Both the position numbers and the translations under genes were made by a program. The notes beneath the pieces were generated by a model. The model saw nothing but the letters and a program-made list of their open reading frames with translations, had not been told where the DNA came from and did no database searches. 64,000 bases of DNA, taken from an uncultured Chloroflexia bacterium (GTDB lineage Bacteria > Chloroflexota > Dehalococcoidia > DSTF01 > JALHUB01). Shown piece after piece: positions 28,513-38,252 of this stretch; positions within the stretch are counted from its first letter, which is position 1, and the number at the start of each line of letters is the position of its first letter. Location of the stretch: the NCBI GenBank assembly GCA_963835655.1, contig CAWIGJ010000003.1, positions 1,011,380 through 1,075,379 on the forward strand. The letters are read 5' to 3'.

Positions 28513-30174
28513 ATGGCTGTCGAAGTCCTCTACCGTAAGTACCGTCCCCAAAGGTTCAGCGAGGTTGCGGGTCAAGAGCCCATTATGCGCACCCTCCGCA
28601 ACGCTGTATCTTCGAAAAAAGTATCCCATGCGTACCTTTTTAGCGGCCCGCGCGGGACCGGCAAGACCAGCACCGGCCGTCTCCTCGCCAAGGCGGCCAA
28701 CTGCCGGAACCCGAAGGACGGCGAGCCCTGCAACAAGTGCGACTCCTGCCTCGCCTTCAGCGAAGGCCGCGCCATGGACCTCGTCGAGCTGGACGCCGCC
28801 AGTAACCGCGGCATCGACGCCATCAAGGACCTGCGCGAGAGGGTCGGCTATGCGCCCGGTAGCGCCGACTTCAAGGTCTATATCCTTGACGAAGCCCACA
28901 TGCTCACCACCGAGGCCTCGAATGCCCTCCTGAAGACGCTCGAGGAGCCGCCACCGCACGTCATCTTCGTCCTCGCGACGACGGAACCTCACAAGATACC
29001 CGCGACCATCGGCTCTCGTTGCCAGCGCTTCGACTTCCGTCGCATCCCCCTGGAAGCGGCTGTCGACCGGCTGGCTTACGTCTGCAAGCAGGAGAAGATA
29101 ACCTGCCCGCGCGAGGCGCTCGAGCTCATTGCCCGCAGCGCCACCGGCAGCATGCGCGACGCCATCAATATGCTGGAGCAGGTCGTCGACTACCACGGTC
29201 GCGAGCTGACGGTCGAGACGGTCCAGAGCGGCCTCGGCCTCACCGGCGACGCCCGCAGCAACGAGCTGGCCCGCCTTGTCCTCAGCGGCGACCTCGGCGG
29301 CGGCCTGGCGCTCATCGCCTCCGTGCGCGACGACGGTCTTGACCTGCGGCAGTTTCAGCGCGAAGTCGTCTCCTATCTGCGACAGCTACTGCTCGTCGCC
29401 GCCGGCGCCGATAGCGCTCTCAGCTTGACCAAAGAGCAGGCGAAGGATATGCAGAAGGCCCTGGAAGGCGTTGGTAAGGAGGAAATCGTGCGAGCGTTGC
29501 GTGCCTTCGGCCAGGTCGACGTCCGTGCCGACCCGTTGTCGTCGCTGCCGCTGGAAATCGCCCTTGCTGAGTGCGTCCTTGCTCGAAATGCGGTCGTGCA
29601 TCAGGCGGCAGAGGTTCAAAGACGCGAAGCCGCGCCTGTCAGGCCTCCAGCCGCCGCACCCGCACCCATCATCGACGAACCCCCTTCGATGCCTGGCCCT
29701 TCACGACGCAGAGCCGCTCCCGTCGCGACGCCCGCTCCCGCCCCGCCCCTGTCGGAGAGTGCCGTCGCGACGCCCGCCCTGCCGGTTTCGCCGGAGGTAA
29801 CATCGCTTCAGTCGAAATGGCAGGATGTCTATCAGTTAGCTCGCAAGATCAACTTCAAGGCCGGTGCCCTGCTCAACAGCGGCTGCGCTATCACCGGTCT
29901 TGACGATGGCACTGTCGTGTTCGGCTTCCGCCATCAGCCGCTCGCCGAAAAGATGAACTCCGGCGAAGGCGGCGCCTACCTGCAGGCGCTCCGCGAGGCC
30001 GTGCAGAAAGTTCTCGGTGCCTCTTACGAAGTGCGCTGCGTCTACGACCCGCAGGCGTCAAGCGGGCGGTCAGCGAGCGCAAGCACCGGCGGTGGCGGCG
30101 GACACCTCGTCCAGGCGGCCCGCGAGCTGGGAGCGCGGGTGGTGGGTGGCGTCGACGAAGGAGAGATGCCATGA
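28513..30174 (+). CDS. dnaX: DNA polymerase III subunit gamma/tau
   Basis: AAA+ Walker A GPRGTGKTS, zinc module CxxC…CxxC, SRC motif and a Pro/Ala-rich linker. Confidence 0.9.
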   Translation: MAVEVLYRKYRPQRFSEVAGQEPIMRTLRNAVSSKKVSHAYLFSGPRGTGKTSTGRLLAKAANCRNPKDGEPCNKCDSCLAFSEGRAMDLVELDAASNRGIDAIKDLRERVGYAPGSADFKVYILDEAHMLTTEASNALLKTLEEPPPHVIFVLATTEPHKIPATIGSRCQRFDFRRIPLEAAVDRLAYVCKQEKITCPREALELIARSATGSMRDAINMLEQVVDYHGRELTVETVQSGLGLTGDARSNELARLVLSGDLGGGLALIASVRDDGLDLRQFQREVVSYLRQLLLVAAGADSALSLTKEQAKDMQKALEGVGKEEIVRALRAFGQVDVRADPLSSLPLEIALAECVLARNAVVHQAAEVQRREAAPVRPPAAAPAPIIDEPPSMPGPSRRRAAPVATPAPAPPLSESAVATPALPVSPEVTSLQSKWQDVYQLARKINFKAGALLNSGCAITGLDDGTVVFGFRHQPLAEKMNSGEGGAYLQALREAVQKVLGASYEVRCVYDPQASSGRSASASTGGGGGHLVQAARELGARVVGGVDEGEMP

Positions 30175-30482
30175 AGATGAACCGCGACATGATGCGTCAG
30201 CTTCAACAGATGCAATCGAAGCTGGCGCAGGCCCAGGAGGAGCTGAACAATCTGACAGCCGAAGGCAGCGCTGGCGGCGGCGCCGTCAAAGTCGTGATAA
30301 CCGGCGCCCTGGAGATCCGTTCGCTTGATATCTCGCCCGAGGTCGTTGATGCCGACGACGTCGAGATGTTGGAAGACCTGGTTATCGCCGCCTTCAACGA
30401 AGCCCTGCAAAAGGCGCAGGCCCTGCAATCGCAGCATATGGCCGGTCTGACCTCCGGATTGAATCTGCCCGGCATGCGCTAG
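30171..30482 (+). CDS. ybaB: Nucleoid-associated protein YbaB/EbfC
   Basis: 103 aa. Conserved dnaX-ybaB-recR context. Confidence 0.85.
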   Translation: MKMNRDMMRQLQQMQSKLAQAQEELNNLTAEGSAGGGAVKVVITGALEIRSLDISPEVVDADDVEMLEDLVIAAFNEALQKAQALQSQHMAGLTSGLNLPGMR

Positions 30483-30503
30483 ACATAAGATGACGAGGAA
30501 CCC

Positions 30504-31118
30504 ATGACCCAGACCGCGCCCTCGGCGGCGCTTCCCGTAAGCCGCCTGATCGAAGCGTTCAACAAGCTGCCCGGCATCGGCCCCAAAAGCGCCCAGCGGC
30601 TGACTTACTACCTCCTTCGCGCTCCCCAGGAAGAGGCGCAGACGCTCGCTCAGGCCATTCTCGAGATGAAGGAGAAGATCATTCTCTGCTCGGTCTGTCA
30701 GAACATCACCGACGCCGACCCTTGCGCCATCTGCGATGATGACCGGCGCGACCACTCGAAGATCTGCGTGGTCGAAGAACCACTCGACATCCTCGCCCTG
30801 GAGCGCACCGGCAGCTATAAGGGCCTGTATCACGTCCTCCACGGCGTCATCTCGCCCATGGACGGCATCGGCCCCGACGAGTTGAAGACGCGCGAGCTCC
30901 TGGCGCGGCTGAAATCGCCCGGAGTGGTCCAGGAGATCATAATGGCGACGAACCCGAACCTGGAGGGCGAAGCAACCGCCATGTACCTGACTCGGCTCAT
31001 CGCGCCCCTCGGGATACGCGTGACACGCCTCGCCCGCGGCTTGCCCGTCGGCGCCGACCTCGAGTACGCCGATGACGTCACCCTTACACGTGCCCTCGAA
31101 GGCCGCCAGGAAGTCTAG
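30504..31118 (+). CDS. recR: Recombination protein RecR
   Basis: HhH, C4 zinc finger (CSVCQN…CAIC) and Toprim. Confidence 0.9.
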   Translation: MTQTAPSAALPVSRLIEAFNKLPGIGPKSAQRLTYYLLRAPQEEAQTLAQAILEMKEKIILCSVCQNITDADPCAICDDDRRDHSKICVVEEPLDILALERTGSYKGLYHVLHGVISPMDGIGPDELKTRELLARLKSPGVVQEIIMATNPNLEGEATAMYLTRLIAPLGIRVTRLARGLPVGADLEYADDVTLTRALEGRQEV

Positions 31119-31154
31119 ATGTAGCGGCGGAATTCTTTACCCGCCGCACGTGCG

Positions 31155-31934
31155 ATGACAATCCCCAAGATTTACAAGACCACCGCCATCGTCCTCCGCC
31201 AGCGCCGCCTAGGCGAGGCCGACAAGATCATCACGCTCTTCACGCCCAACCTCGGCAAGATTGATGCCGTCGCGAAAGGCGTGAGGAGGACTCGCAGCAA
31301 GGTCGCCGGCCATGTCGAGCCGCTGACCTACACGGCCTTCTTGGTGGCGCGCGGCCGCGAACTCGACATCATCACCCAGGCCCAGTCAATCGAAGCCTTC
31401 TCTGAGCTGCGGGAAGACCTCGAGCGTACGAGCCGCGGTCTCTACGCTGCCGAGCTGGTTGATCGCTTCACGCCGGAGCGGCAGGAGAACTTCCAGGTCT
31501 TCCGCCTGCTACTTGAAACCTTGCGCCGCCTGACCATGGAAGAGCGGCTCGACATAACGCTGCGCTACTTCGAGATGCGCCTCTTGGGCTACCTGGGCTA
31601 TCAGCCTCAGACAAAGGAGTGCGTTCTGTGTAGCGGGACGCTGACGCCGGTGGTGAACGGCTGGAGCGCTGAGGCGGGTGGCGTGCTGTGTCCGGAATGT
31701 GCCCGCAAAGCGCCTATGTCACGACCGCTGACGGTCAATGCCTTGAAACTGATGCGCTTGCTTCAGAGAGACGACTTCGCGGCCGTCGCGAAGGTACATA
31801 CGGCGCCGCCGTTGGAAGCGGAGCTGGAGCGTCACCTCCGCGAGTACATTCTCTATGTGCTCGAACGCGACGTCCGCTCCACGCGTTTCCTCGAAACCCT
31901 TCGTCGCACGAGGCAGTCGACTCCCGTCCCGTAG
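31155..31934 (+). CDS. recO: DNA repair protein RecO
   Basis: OB fold plus C-terminal CxxC…CxxC. Confidence 0.85.
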   Translation: MTIPKIYKTTAIVLRQRRLGEADKIITLFTPNLGKIDAVAKGVRRTRSKVAGHVEPLTYTAFLVARGRELDIITQAQSIEAFSELREDLERTSRGLYAAELVDRFTPERQENFQVFRLLLETLRRLTMEERLDITLRYFEMRLLGYLGYQPQTKECVLCSGTLTPVVNGWSAEAGGVLCPECARKAPMSRPLTVNALKLMRLLQRDDFAAVAKVHTAPPLEAELERHLREYILYVLERDVRSTRFLETLRRTRQSTPVP

Positions 31935-31993
31935 CGGTCGGGGTTCGACTCCGCTCGATTGCGTTCTATAATGGTTCTGGTTAGGTTCTGAGT

Positions 31994-32395
31994 ATGCCGC
32001 TCTACGAATACTACTGCGAGCACTGTAACGGAGTCTTCGAGGCGCTGCGCCCGATGCGCGAAGCCTCAGATGCGTGTCCCTGTCCCCTGTGCGAGCGGGA
32101 CTCGCAGCGCATCATGCCAACGTCGTTCGCTGCCTTCACCTTCCGCGACGGCTATCCTCGGCGCATTCCTGACAAGGGGACTTACTGGCATCTGGGCAAG
32201 GAAGTCAAGCGACCCATCACGGGCCCCGTTCGTCCCGGCGAGCACCCGGATCTCGCGCCACCTCGACGGCCGGCGCGCAAGAGCAAGGGTGAAGTTGAGA
32301 TCGAGCGCGAAAAGGCGAACCAGCGTCAGAAGGAAGAGAAGAAGATGCGCGACTCGGGTGTCCGGCCCATCCGCGAGCGTCCGATTGTCCGCTAA
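31994..32395 (+). CDS. FmdB-family zinc-ribbon protein
   Basis: MPLYEYYCEHCNGVFEAL…CPCPLC followed by a basic tail. Confidence 0.7.
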   Translation: MPLYEYYCEHCNGVFEALRPMREASDACPCPLCERDSQRIMPTSFAAFTFRDGYPRRIPDKGTYWHLGKEVKRPITGPVRPGEHPDLAPPRRPARKSKGEVEIEREKANQRQKEEKKMRDSGVRPIRERPIVR

Positions 32396-32401
32396 CCGCC
32401 G

Positions 32402-33370
32402 CTACGTCCTTCGCTCCAGCACGTAGACAGCTAGCTCGTCTAGCGTGTCCCGCTCCCGCCGGGCCGGTAGCTTCCCCAGCGACTCACGTGCCGCGTTGCC
32501 GAAGCTCTTCGCTATATCGTAGGCTTCCGTCAATATGTCTGACCCGCGAACCGTCTCGATAGCCTCCCGCACGTATTCGAGGCCGCCGAGGTCCTTGAAG
32601 AAGCGACGCACTGGATTGTCGCCCGGATAACGTTTAGCGAGCAGCAGCGCCGGCAGCGTCAGCGTGCCCTGCATGAGGTCGCTGCCCACCGGCTTCCCCA
32701 TCTCCCGTTCGTCGCCCGTAAAGTCGAGTATGTCGTCGACGATCTGGAAGGCCATTCCCAGGTTCTCCCCGTAGCTTCGCAATGCCCCGACGCCGTCGTC
32801 GTTGACACCGGAGAGCAGCGCGCCTCCCTGAGCGGCGATGGCAAACAGTGAGGCCGTTTTCCCGCGAATCAGCTCAAGGTAGCCATCAACTGTCTGGTTG
32901 TAATCGAACGCGGTCCGGTCTTCAGCCAGTTGCGCCGACGACATCACAACCATCGTCTCCGCGAATAGACGGACGACCTCGATATTTCCGGTGGTCGCGA
33001 CGAGCGCTGCTGCCCGTGCGAAGATGTAGTCGCCGAGAAGGACCGCGCCGTGGTTATCGTACAGGCTGCTCGGGGTCGGCCGGCCACGGCGCATGTCGGC
33101 GCCGTCAATGACGTCGTCGTGGACCAGACTGGCAGTATGCAGCAGCTCGAGCGATGTGGCCAGCGGAACCGCCAGCGTCGCGTCGAAGCGGCCGAACTTG
33201 CCGGCCAGCAACGAGACGGCAGGCCGCATTCGCTTGCCACCTGCAAAAAGCACGGCTGAAAGCATCTCCCGCAGCCAGGGGGTGTCGACGCGTGCCAGCG
33301 AGGCCAGCGCCTCTTCCACCTCACTCATCTCCGCGAGTACCGGCTCGTAGAGGCTGGTTGTCCTGGTCAT
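32402..33370 (-). CDS. Polyprenyl diphosphate synthase (trans-isoprenyl diphosphate synthase)
   Basis: DDxxD motifs (LVHDDVIDGAD and IVDDILD). Start chosen at MTRTTSLYEP. The ORF-track N-terminal extension is judged spurious. Confidence 0.8.
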   Translation of the reverse strand: MTRTTSLYEPVLAEMSEVEEALASLARVDTPWLREMLSAVLFAGGKRMRPAVSLLAGKFGRFDATLAVPLATSLELLHTASLVHDDVIDGADMRRGRPTPSSLYDNHGAVLLGDYIFARAAALVATTGNIEVVRLFAETMVVMSSAQLAEDRTAFDYNQTVDGYLELIRGKTASLFAIAAQGGALLSGVNDDGVGALRSYGENLGMAFQIVDDILDFTGDEREMGKPVGSDLMQGTLTLPALLLAKRYPGDNPVRRFFKDLGGLEYVREAIETVRGSDILTEAYDIAKSFGNAARESLGKLPARRERDTLDELAVYVLERRT

Positions 33371-33381
33371 ATCTATCCTGT

Positions 33382-34182
33382 CTAGCTCTCCAAACGGTAC
33401 AGCTTCTTCGCGCTTGCCGTCGTAGCCGCCGCCATTTCCGCCGCGTCCACACCACGCAGATGAGCGATGAACTCGATTGTCTCTCGCAGGTACGCCGGTT
33501 CGCAGCGTCGGCCCCGATGGCCTTGGGGCGCCAAAAACGGGGCGTCGGTCTCGACCAGCAGGTTCTCCAGCGGCACGGCAGCTACAGCGTTCTGCAACCG
33601 TCTGGCATTCGGATATGTCACGTTTCCGGCGAATGATAGCATGAGCCCCAACTCGACGTACTCCGTCGCGAGTTCGCTGTCGCCCATGAAACAGTGCAAA
33701 ACGCCGATGGGCTTCTTTCTCCTCTTGTCGCCGGCCCACTCCCGCAGTATCCGGAGCATGTCCTCGTTCGCCTGCCGCGAATGAATGACCACCGGCAACT
33801 CTAGCTCGTCGGCGAGCGTCAACTGGTCATGGAATGCACGCCGCTGTATGGCTGCGGGCGACAGGTTTCGATAGAAGTCGAGACCTGTTTCGCCGACCGC
33901 CACGACTTCCGGCTGACGCGCTAGCTCGCGCAGAGATTGAAGGGCGTAAGGATCGAGGCAGCTCGCATCGTGGGGGTGCACACCGACCGTCGCGTATATC
34001 TCCTCGTAGCGGCTCGCCAGGTCTATCGCCTGCTGGCTGCTGGGCGGGTCCATGCCGACGACCACCGCGCCCTCGAGTCCCCCTTGATGCGCTCGCTCCA
34101 GCACTTCCGGAAGGTCGCCGGCGAACACAGCCATCTGAAGGTGTGAGTGTGAATCGAACATCGGGATAGCGTCAGACTTCAT
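33382..34182 (-). CDS. tatD: TatD-family metal-dependent DNase/hydrolase
   Basis: HSH, GExGLD and distal His/Asp ligands. Confidence 0.85.
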   Translation of the reverse strand: MKSDAIPMFDSHSHLQMAVFAGDLPEVLERAHQGGLEGAVVVGMDPPSSQQAIDLASRYEEIYATVGVHPHDASCLDPYALQSLRELARQPEVVAVGETGLDFYRNLSPAAIQRRAFHDQLTLADELELPVVIHSRQANEDMLRILREWAGDKRRKKPIGVLHCFMGDSELATEYVELGLMLSFAGNVTYPNARRLQNAVAAVPLENLLVETDAPFLAPQGHRGRRCEPAYLRETIEFIAHLRGVDAAEMAAATTASAKKLYRLES

Positions 34183-35821
34183 CGACGGTCAGTGGTTCCA
34201 GTTTCTTGAACAGCGCCTCCGGCTCTCGCAGTTCCTGTCCCGCACGCGGCAGCACGGCCCGCCAGCCGCCGGACGCCACGGTGCTCTCGAAGCCCAAATA
34301 GCCGTGCAACCTTTCGGTCGTGAACGGCAGGTAAGGATAGAGTGCCACCTTCAGCGCATTGATTGCGCCAAGTGCCGTGTATAGAGAAGTGGCTGCCGAT
34401 TGCGGGTCGTCTCGGATCGCCTTCCACGGCGCTTTGTCGTCGAGATAGCGGTTCGTTTCCTGAGCGAACCCCATCGCCGTCGACAGGCCGGCCCTGAAAT
34501 GACACAGCGCTATGTTCTGCCCCACTTCGTCGACTGCCGTTTGCGCGCGGTCGAGCAAGGAGCGGCTTTCCGGGTCTAGCTCCGCTGGCTGTGGCACCCG
34601 CCCGTCAAAGCGGCTGTACGTGAAAGTGAGCACCCGATGCGCCAGGTTGCCCCAGGTCGCAACCAACTCGTCGTTATTGCGACGGACGAGGTCGACTTCG
34701 CTGAAGTCACTGTCCGCCGTTTCTGGCATGATTGCCGAGAGGTAGTAGCGCAGCGTGTCCGGGTCGTAGCGGGCGAGGTATTCTGGCAGGAAGGGCGCCG
34801 TGCCGCGGCTGGTCGAAGCCTTACCACCACCCAGGTTGAGATACTGGTTCGCCGGCACGTCGTAGGGAAGGTTCAGGCCGCCGTAGGCCATGAGCATCGA
34901 CGGCCAGCTCAGCGTGTGGAACCAGATGTTGTCCTTGCCGATGAAGTAGTAGCTCTTGCTCTCCGGGTTGGTCCAGAACTCGTGCCAGATATCCGGCTTT
35001 CCGCTTAGCTGTGCCCACTCCTTCGCCGCCGACAGGTAACCGATGACGTTCTCAAACCAGACATAGATCCGCTTCTGCTCGTATCCCGGCAGCGGTATCT
35101 TGATGCCCCATTCGATGTCTCGCGTTATCGCCCGGTCTCGTAGCCCCTGCTCGACGGCGCCGCGCGAGAAGTTGAGGACGTTGCGCCGCCAGTGCTCCTT
35201 GTCTTCCGACAGCCACGCCCTCAACCTGTCGTTGTAGGCGCTGAGACGAAGGAAGAAGTGCTCTGATTCGCGGGTCTCCGGCGTCAATCCGTCAAACTTG
35301 CAGCGCGCGTCGATCAGTTCCTCGGGGTCCAGCGGGTTGCCGCAATTGTCGCACTGGTCGCCGCGGGCGCCGCTGAAGCCGCAAATGGGGCAGATGCCTT
35401 CGACGTAGCGATCGAGGAGGAAGCGCTGCTCGACGGTGCAGTAGGGCAGGCGCATCTTGTCGAGGTAGATATCGCCCTTCTCGTGAAGCCGCAGGAACAT
35501 GTCCTGCACCACTGCGGCATGGTTTTCCGTGCCGGTCGTCGTGTACAGGTCGAAGCCGATTCCAAGCCGCTGCCACGAATCCAGGAACTCCCGATGGAAG
35601 CGCGAAGCAACCGCCGCCGGTGTCGTTCCTTCCTCCTGCGCGCGAACCGTTATAGGTGTGCCGTGCTGGTCGCTGCCCGAGACCATGAGGACGTTATCGC
35701 CCTTGAGCCGGTGATAGCGGGCGAAAATGTCAGGCGGCAGGTATGCCCCGGCAATCTGGCCAAGATGAAGAGAGCCGTTGGCGTAAGGCCATGCAACGCC
35801 AATGAGGATAGTCTCGGGCAT
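34172..35821 (-). CDS. metG: Methionyl-tRNA synthetase
   Basis: HLGQ (HIGH-class) motif, zinc knuckle CPICG…CDNCG and an anticodon-binding domain. Confidence 0.9.
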   Translation of the reverse strand: MPETILIGVAWPYANGSLHLGQIAGAYLPPDIFARYHRLKGDNVLMVSGSDQHGTPITVRAQEEGTTPAAVASRFHREFLDSWQRLGIGFDLYTTTGTENHAAVVQDMFLRLHEKGDIYLDKMRLPYCTVEQRFLLDRYVEGICPICGFSGARGDQCDNCGNPLDPEELIDARCKFDGLTPETRESEHFFLRLSAYNDRLRAWLSEDKEHWRRNVLNFSRGAVEQGLRDRAITRDIEWGIKIPLPGYEQKRIYVWFENVIGYLSAAKEWAQLSGKPDIWHEFWTNPESKSYYFIGKDNIWFHTLSWPSMLMAYGGLNLPYDVPANQYLNLGGGKASTSRGTAPFLPEYLARYDPDTLRYYLSAIMPETADSDFSEVDLVRRNNDELVATWGNLAHRVLTFTYSRFDGRVPQPAELDPESRSLLDRAQTAVDEVGQNIALCHFRAGLSTAMGFAQETNRYLDDKAPWKAIRDDPQSAATSLYTALGAINALKVALYPYLPFTTERLHGYLGFESTVASGGWRAVLPRAGQELREPEALFKKLEPLTVDEV

Positions 35822-35975
35822 TCGCTATTGTGACCTCGACGAGAGCTTAAGCGATTTTATTATACGATAGGCTTGAGAAGTAGGCCTTTTGCGGCTCGAT
35901 GGTCTCTCAAACGTGTGGGCGGCTATCCTGCCTGCCCTAAACTCTTCGTTTGCAATGGGAAAACGGAGAAGGGCT

Positions 35976-36827
35976 TTAGCCCGCGCCTTCCCCCTGTCCA
36001 CCGGCCATATTCTTCTGATCCAGCCACAGCCGGTAGATGCGTCTTCGCGGAACCCCATATCTGAGTGACAACCTTGCCACAGCCTCCCGCGTTCCGACGC
36101 CCTCCTTGCGCAACCGAACCATCTCGTCCACCGCATCCTCTGGCACGCCTTCGTCTGGCGCCGCCGGCGTCGCTCCTGCTATCACCAGCGTGAACTCGCC
36201 CCTTGGCTCGACGAAGTGCCGCGACGCTTGGGATAAGGTTCCCCTGAAGACCTCTTCGTAAAGCTTCGTCAGTTCCCGGCAGGCCGCGATCTGCCTGTCG
36301 CCAAATGCCGCTTCGATATCGGCCAACGTCTCCAGTAGCCGGTGTGGCGATTCGAAAGCGACGAGCGTCTCTGCGCGAGTCGAAAGCGACTCCAATAAGC
36401 GATGGCGGGCGGTTGCCTGTCGTGGCAGGAAGCCCAGGTATGTGAAAGCGCGGGTCGACAATCCGGACGCCGCCAGCGCCGTCGTTATCGCCGACGGGCC
36501 CGGCACCGGCATGACCTTGGCTCCAGCCTCGTAGGCTGCCCTAACGAGGTCCTGTCCCGGGTCGCTTATCGCCGGCATGCCCGCCTCTGACACCAACGCC
36601 ACGTTGCCATCGGCCAGACGCTCGAGCAGCGCAGTCGTCCGGAGGCGCTTGTTGCGGTCGTTGTAGCTGATGAGCGGCGTGTGGATGTTATAGCGAGAGA
36701 GCAGCTTGCGGGCGGTGCGCGTGTCCTCAGCAGCAATCAGGTTCACCCCTTTGAGGATGCGTAGAGCGCGGAGCGTCACGTCCTCCAGGTTCCCGATCGG
36801 CGTGGCGACAAGATAGAGCGTTCCCAT
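35976..36827 (-). CDS. rsmI: 16S rRNA (cytidine1402-2'-O)-methyltransferase RsmI
   Basis: Tetrapyrrole-methylase fold, LYLVATPIGNLEDVTLRA. Confidence 0.85.
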   Translation of the reverse strand: MGTLYLVATPIGNLEDVTLRALRILKGVNLIAAEDTRTARKLLSRYNIHTPLISYNDRNKRLRTTALLERLADGNVALVSEAGMPAISDPGQDLVRAAYEAGAKVMPVPGPSAITTALAASGLSTRAFTYLGFLPRQATARHRLLESLSTRAETLVAFESPHRLLETLADIEAAFGDRQIAACRELTKLYEEVFRGTLSQASRHFVEPRGEFTLVIAGATPAAPDEGVPEDAVDEMVRLRKEGVGTREAVARLSLRYGVPRRRIYRLWLDQKNMAGGQGEGAG

Positions 36828-36937
36828 TATGTCAGGCGACTATCCCTCAACCGTAGAGGTGAAGAGGTGCTTATGTTAATAAACTGTGCAGAAGCGTAAT
36901 CTTTTTCGGAGATTGTAGCAGATCGACGCCTTTCGCG

Positions 36938-36968
36938 TTGACCTTCTTCGCCAGCGGCTGCTATAGTC
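36938..36968 (+). promoter_or_regulatory. Candidate sigma70 promoter (TTGACC … TATAGT) upstream of the IMPDH-family gene
   Basis: cgTTGACCttcttcgccagcggctgcTATAGTc. The spacer is 17-19 nt depending on the -10 register. Confidence 0.3.
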
Positions 36969-37025
36969 TTAGTAATACTAACTCCACCGTTCCATTCCCC
37001 AGACTCCGAAGGGAGGGCAACGCAA

Positions 37026-38248
37026 TGAGGGACGTTAGCTGGCAAGGCGTCCCAGGACGGGGTTCTGCACCCCCCGGCGCAGTCGTCGATGCCGAGCTTC
37101 TCGAGGAGATACGCATGGCTCCGCCCGGCGCCAAGCAAATGCGCCGCGCCTATGGCTTCGACGAAGTCGCCATCGTTCCCGGTGACGTCACTATCAATCC
37201 GGAACTTACCGACATCTCTTTCAGTCTCGGCGATGTCAAACTGCGCCTGCCTTTCCTTGCCGCCGGAATGGACGCGGTTGTCAGCCCGCGTTCCGCCGCC
37301 GCCTTCTCCAAGCTCGGTGGTCTGGCCGTCCTGAATATCGATGGTCTTCAGACGCGCTACGACGACCCCGACGGCGTTCTCCTCGAGATCGCCACTGCCA
37401 GCGACCAGGCCGTAGCGGCGCTTTTGCAGAAGATCTACTCGCAGCCCGTCGAGCCCCGTCTCGTCGGCGAAAGGGTCAGCGAGATCAAGCGACTCGGGGG
37501 CCTTTGCGCTGTCTCCTGCACACCTGGCAGCGCCAAGCGAGTGGCGCCCATAGCAGTCGAAGCGGGTGCCGACGTCTTCGTCGTTCAATCGACCGTCACA
37601 ACGGCCCGGCATAGCTCTCGCAGCCTCGAAGGCCTCCGTTTCGAGAAGCTCTGCGAGCAGGTCCCGGTGCCGGTCGTCGTTGGCAACACCGTCAGCTTTC
37701 GGCCGTGCAAAGACCTGATGGAGACAGGCATAGCTGCTGTCCTTGTTGGCGTCGGTCCAAGCGTCATATGCACGACACGGGAAGTTCTGGGCATCGGCGT
37801 TCCTCAGGTGACGGCGGTGATCGATTGTGCCGCTGCTCGGGATGCCTATCTCCGCGAAAGCGGACGTTACGTCCCCATAATCGCCGACGGCGGGATTCAC
37901 ACCGGCGGCGATCTCTGCAAAGCCTTCGCTGCCGGCGCTGATGCGGCGATGCTCGGCACGCTCCTCGCCGTCGCCGAAGAGGCGCCAGGGCGTGGGTATC
38001 ATTGGGGCATGTCGGCCCCGCACGCGGAGTTGCCGCGAGGCAAGCGCGTGCACGTCGGGGTGCGGGCCAGCCTGGAGAAGATACTCTACGGGCCTACCTC
38101 TCGCAGCGACGGTACCGAAAACCTGTCCGGCGTCCTGCGTACCGCTCTCGGCGTCTGCGGTGCTGGCAACATCCGCGAGTTCCAGCAGGCCGAGATGATC
38201 ATTGCCCCCTCCATCAAGACCGAGGGCAAGACGATAACCTCAGCCTAG
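37026..38248 (+). CDS. IMP dehydrogenase-family protein lacking the CBS subdomain (GuaB-like)
   Basis: TIM-barrel motifs with catalytic Cys loop GVGPSVICTTREV. No CBS pair. Start ATG 37026 after RBS GAAGGGAGGG. Confidence 0.7.
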
Positions 38249-38252
38249 TCTT

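Noticed and set aside
28315-29196. Minus-strand 293-aa ORF inside ybeY/dnaX
   Set aside because: Antisense to dnaX, which has unambiguous AAA+ motifs.
31935-31993. tRNA-like T-arm (GGGGTTCGACTCCGC) between recO and the fmdB-like gene
   Set aside because: Only a short AGCGG/CCGCT hairpin with no acceptor or anticodon arms. More likely a terminator stem or promoter region with a TATAAT box, not a tRNA.
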